In this document: positions 7,544-10,389 of the stretch, in pieces | How the letters are laid out: each line of letters begins with the position of its first letter | How positions within the stretch are numbered: position 1 is the stretch's first letter | Source of the DNA: an uncultured bacterium | GTDB lineage: Bacteria; CAIJMQ01 | Length of the DNA: 10,389 nt | Assembly: GCA_964573245.1 (NCBI GenBank) | Contig: CAZNJA010000048.1 | Location: 1-10,389 of the forward strand | Reading direction: 5' to 3' | Program-made: the position numbers and the translations under genes | The notes under the pieces: model-generated | Databases searched by the model: none | Told to the model about the DNA's origin: nothing | The model's input: only the letters and a program-made list of their open reading frames with translations

Positions 7544-7846
7544 TTATTTTTGTTGCTTAAGTTTGCCTTCTATACCGATGGTCTTGCGGATTATCTCTTT
7601 GAACTCATTATATATAGGGTATGACTTATTCAACCTGTAAAGTTTTAAATTGCCGAGTGTTCTGTGCGTAAACAAACCCTCTGCCTCCAGGTTATTCATT
7701 TCCCTGCGGATATTGCCTACGGAGTAGCCGAGCAGTTTTTCGAGCTGCCTTAGGTAATATTCCTGCTCGGGGTCATTGAAAAATAGTCCGAGAATATCCC
7801 GCCTTGTTTTTGATTTTGTTATTTGGGGGATAATTATATTATTCAT
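7544..7846 (-). CDS. ArsR-like winged-HTH protein; probably the N-terminal half of a truncated wHTH-MNT
   Basis: SKTRRDILGLFF.DPEQEYYLRQL.....SVGNIRRE...LE..GL......GN...Y.LN...PIY.E...II.KT.G is the typical N-terminus of wHTH-MNT fusions; the ORF stops where the MNT domain would begin. Confidence 0.75.
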   Translation of the reverse strand: MNNIIIPQITKSKTRRDILGLFFNDPEQEYYLRQLEKLLGYSVGNIRREMNNLEAEGLFTHRTLGNLKLYRLNKSYPIYNEFKEIIRKTIGIEGKLKQQK

Positions 7847-7847
7847 T

Positions 7848-7895
7848 GTAGTCCTTTCTGACTACGATTGTAGTCCAGAAGGAATGGGAAGTAAA
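7848..7895 (-). promoter_or_regulatory. Promoter and GTAGTC/GACTAC operator half-sites of the wHTH gene
   Basis: TTTACT (7895-7890), 17-nt spacer, TACAAT (7872-7867). Half-sites GTAGTC 7848-7853, GACTAC 7860-7865 and GTAGTC 7870-7875 cover the SD and the -10. Confidence 0.65.
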
Positions 7896-7903
7896 GGGGT
7901 TAG

Positions 7904-7945
7904 AAATGATAAATGACAACTGCTAATTGCTAAATGCTAATTGTT
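7904..7945. repeat. AA(A/T/C)TGNY heptamer tract, six units
   Basis: AAATGAT AAATGAC AACTGCT AATTGCT AAATGCT AATTGTT, 3 nt from the stop codon at 7949. Confidence 0.85.
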
Positions 7946-7948
7946 AGT

Positions 7949-8500
7949 TTAGGGCATCCAAATATCGTCTATTGTGTTGAATAGAGTAGGGTTGTCGAAA
8001 TCGGCGGGGACGATATCTTCAATAGGGCGGTTGAACAAATTATAACCCTGCTTGTAAAAGCCGTCCGTTATAAGTTCCGAACAGATTAAACGCTTTTTAC
8101 TGTTAAGTATATTTCTGATAAACAATAACAGCCTTCCGAGCAAACCGGCAACATCGGCAAGAATAGGGAAGCGCAAAAGCTGAAGGTAATCATAAGGGAC
8201 GTTGTTCATAGTCGCCCACCACAGCGCAACCTTTATTCTTTCATAATCGCTCTCGAATTTTCTCCTCATAACTTTTATTTCTATTCCCCTGTCGACATAC
8301 TTTTTCTGCAGATTGCTCACCACCGATTGGGGGATCCAACCTTCGACTAAATCATACCCGCCGATACTGCCCGCAACATGCGTCCACTTACTGCTCTTGC
8401 CATACCCCAGCTTCTTCTGAACGTTAATCGTCGCCCTCGTCCCCCCGGCAACCAGAATAATGTCGCCGATTTTGATTTTGTTTGGGTCAATTATCTTCAT
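7949..8500 (-). CDS. Permuted papain-like amidase (YiiX/YaeF, peptidase C92; NlpC/P60 superfamily)
   Basis: GDIIL, WTHVAG (catalytic His), PYDY, LICSELI (catalytic Cys after His, i.e. permuted order), IVPADF. Confidence 0.85.
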   Translation of the reverse strand: MKIIDPNKIKIGDIILVAGGTRATINVQKKLGYGKSSKWTHVAGSIGGYDLVEGWIPQSVVSNLQKKYVDRGIEIKVMRRKFESDYERIKVALWWATMNNVPYDYLQLLRFPILADVAGLLGRLLLFIRNILNSKKRLICSELITDGFYKQGYNLFNRPIEDIVPADFDNPTLFNTIDDIWMP

Positions 8501-8508
8501 TTCGTTAC

Positions 8509-8668
8509 GAGCATCTACTATTTAGTCTAATGTCTCAAGTCTAAAGTCTGTTGTTTATAAATGGGATGTGTCCCTAATTTTGTCCCTAATTTTTACTATT
8601 TTTAAAATTTTTAAATTTTTAATCATGTTTTCCTTGGAAAACAGAGGGGAGAGACCTAACCCCGTTTT
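8509..8668. repeat. Heptamer tract plus REP-like motifs
   Basis: NNGTCTN units at 8523-8557; tandem 12-mer TGTCCCTAATTT (8569-8580, 8581-8592); hairpin TGTTTTCC-TT-GGAAAACA (8626-8643); AGACCTAACCCC (8652-8663). Confidence 0.65.
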
Positions 8669-8679
8669 TGTACTATTTT

Positions 8680-9690
8680 TTATAAAAATCTAGGGTTTAG
8701 CACTATCAACTTGCTAACTTCTTTTGTTTTGACATCAAAATGATGACCAGATGCTATCGGTCTCCATATAGTTTTATAATTACTACATAACTTAACAAGA
8801 TAAGTGTTCATATTAAATATACTGACTTGGCTAATCAAATTTAATCCCCGCCACTCAATTGTAACAAGGTGTCCATTTGTTACTCTCATATTATATCTTT
8901 TTAATCTCCTATCATCATAAAGGATGGGGGGTTGATTTACAGCAAAGTAATCATTACTATTCCCTTTTCCATATCTTATAAAATTTCTTATCCCATTAAA
9001 TTCTTCCGAGAGAGCTAAATCTCTTCTCTCAATATAGGTTAAATAATTAAATGCTATTTTTGCTATACCTCGATATATTATCAATCCAATTCTTGCAGTT
9101 ATTTTAATCAATACTTTCTTTCTTTTCTTAACATCTTCTGGCCACTCTTGCCTATCTTCTAGCTTAGTATGCATGCCTCTTTCTTTAAGTATCTTTAACA
9201 AAAATTCCCGTTCTTTATCGTTTTTTTCTATAAGTTTAATATTCTTCCCCTTCATCTCATAACCTTGTTTCTTTAATTCTTTGACAGGCGGAATATCTTC
9301 TGGTTCAAAATAAACATACTTTTGCTCGTCATTTTTGAAAAAACCAACTTGTAAAACAGGTTCAATATCGATTTCATTAGGAATACCTGAGTATATTGGA
9401 GTGACTATGATTCCCCTAAGTTCTCCTTCATCAATTTTGAATTTTAGTCTCTCGTGCTTGGGTTTTCCACTTGATTTAATTCCGTGCCTATATCTTTGTA
9501 TTCCTTCAATGGTATCTCTGCCTAAATGTAATTCTATGTTATCGCCAAAATATTGATTGCATTTGTCACACACAGTTTGATTAAGAATAAGATTGTTGGG
9601 CGTAAATGTTCCATAGCATTGGGGTAGAACATGCTCGCGGTTTTTAAACTCATCGCTTGGTTTATCTTCTAAACAATAAATACATCTCAT
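8680..9690 (-). CDS. HNH endonuclease domain protein (HNH_5-like N-terminus, uncharacterised C-terminus)
   Basis: CIYC...EHVLPQCYG...VCDKCNQYFG zinc-binding HNH motif; later R.IAKIAFNY, typical of this group; visibly more AT-rich than pfkB. Confidence 0.85.
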   Translation of the reverse strand: MRCIYCLEDKPSDEFKNREHVLPQCYGTFTPNNLILNQTVCDKCNQYFGDNIELHLGRDTIEGIQRYRHGIKSSGKPKHERLKFKIDEGELRGIIVTPIYSGIPNEIDIEPVLQVGFFKNDEQKYVYFEPEDIPPVKELKKQGYEMKGKNIKLIEKNDKEREFLLKILKERGMHTKLEDRQEWPEDVKKRKKVLIKITARIGLIIYRGIAKIAFNYLTYIERRDLALSEEFNGIRNFIRYGKGNSNDYFAVNQPPILYDDRRLKRYNMRVTNGHLVTIEWRGLNLISQVSIFNMNTYLVKLCSNYKTIWRPIASGHHFDVKTKEVSKLIVLNPRFL

Positions 9691-9743
9691 AAAATCTATT
9701 TTCTAGGTTTTTTGTTGGTTAAATATCATCTCTCAATGTGTTA

Positions 9744-9814
9744 CCTGTCCCCCTTTTACTTTCGCAAGAAAGTAGGGGGAATGCCTGCCCGCCTCTGGCG
9801 GGCAAGACCTGACC
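9744..9814. repeat. Composite palindromic repeat cluster
   Basis: Hairpin TCCCCC-TTT-TACTTTC-GCAA-GAAAGTA-GGGGGA (9748-9780); element CCTGCCCGCC-TCT-GGCGGG (9784-9802); CAAGACCTGACC (9803-9814). Confidence 0.75.
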
Positions 9815-9845
9815 AAAACTCGCAACTATTTATCATCTATCAATG

Positions 9846-10389
9846 CTATTCCATTAACACTAATCTTCCTGGGCTATACCGTCCGGAGCTGATCATGTGA
9901 ATGAGTATGTCTCGCATGAGATCATTGGCAGCTAAATGAAGCGATATTTTCGCATCAGGAGAGAGTAATTTTAATAGGTCGTCGAGAAACTCCGTAAGTG
10001 TGCTAGGATTAAACGCGCCAAAAGGTATATCCATTCTGTAGTTCTTGCATCCATCTGGAATATCAACAAACATCTTAACGTTACTATATGACGAGTATCG
10101 CCCCTCTTTAAATTGAATAACGCATTCCCTCGGAAGAGTTAAAGACGAAACCTCTTTTGAAAACTCCATTAAGATCTGATTCCAACCCTTTTTATATATG
10201 TAGGAGTATTTCATCAGAGAAGCCCACTTAGCAAGAAACTGGTGGAAATAGAGTAATCCCACGCCCGAAGATGTTGCAGATGGCTTAGATAAAGCGTTGA
10301 ACCTACAACCATTGTCAGTGAAAAACAGACGGTTTTCGTCAAACCGAATTATGCAACGCTTGGCATCTCCGTGCTCAAACGCGTTCAGC
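9846..10389 (-). CDS. GHKL/HATPase_c ATP-binding protein, C-terminal part (start lies beyond the window)
   Basis: The frame of the 9846-10262 ORF is open to the window edge and adds LNAFEHGDAKRCIIRFDENRLFFTDNGCRFNALSKPSATSSGVGL: N box (NAFEHG), G1 box (DNG) and G2 box (GVGL). Confidence 0.72.
   Translation of the reverse strand, partial: LNAFEHGDAKRCIIRFDENRLFFTDNGCRFNALSKPSATSSGVGLLYFHQFLAKWASLMKYSYIYKKGWNQILMEFSKEVSSLTLPRECVIQFKEGRYSSYSNVKMFVDIPDGCKNYRMDIPFGAFNPSTLTEFLDDLLKLLSPDAKISLHLAANDLMRDILIHMISSGRYSPGRLVLME

Noticed and set aside
7501-7546. Frameshifted MNT continuation of the 100-aa wHTH
   Set aside because: The next promoter begins about 20 nt downstream, leaving no room for an MNT remnant, and no GS..DxD motif is seen.
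283-9900. Plus-strand ORFs in the track other than 3062-3295 (e.g. 283-558, 1153-1503, 3343-3594, 5365-5691, 5959-6249, 6579-6878, 9335-9556, 9712-9900)
   Set aside because: Antisense shadows of well-supported minus-strand genes, or translations of palindromic repeats; no recognisable motifs.
10260-10262. GTG start assigned by the ORF track
   Set aside because: The frame is open to the window end, and this codon lies within the G2 box of a GHKL domain.
5039-10389. Classical integron, prophage or complete IS element
   Set aside because: No integrase, transposase or phage structural gene in the window, and I could not identify canonical attC R-box pairs by eye.

Overview
AT-rich bacterial window; all recognisable genes except one are on the minus strand. 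The left part looks like core metabolism: a PfkB sugar kinase followed by a 5'-partial GH3 glycosidase, a metallophosphoesterase, a 46-aa four-Cys DUF5679-like protein missing from the ORF track, a DUF3892-like protein, TspO, and a TerB-like/TM/trypsin protease. The right part looks accessory: a basic beta-hairpin repeat protein, a wHTH-MNT/HEPN pair, an orphan wHTH, a permuted papain-like (YiiX/C92) enzyme, an HNH protein and a partial GHKL ATPase protein. The most unusual content is non-coding. (1) A 19-27 bp palindrome, CCTGCCCGC(C)-Nn-GGCGGG, occurs five times, apparently inserted without target duplication into 7-mer tracts, into another motif and in-frame into a CDS. (2) Degenerate 7-bp repeat tracts sit at gene boundaries, with different types at 5' and 3' ends. 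(3) A 123-bp MITE-like element has rewritten the pfkB C-terminus. (4) A second hairpin family shows a compensatory indel between its two copies. All family calls come from motif recognition by eye; no database search was run.
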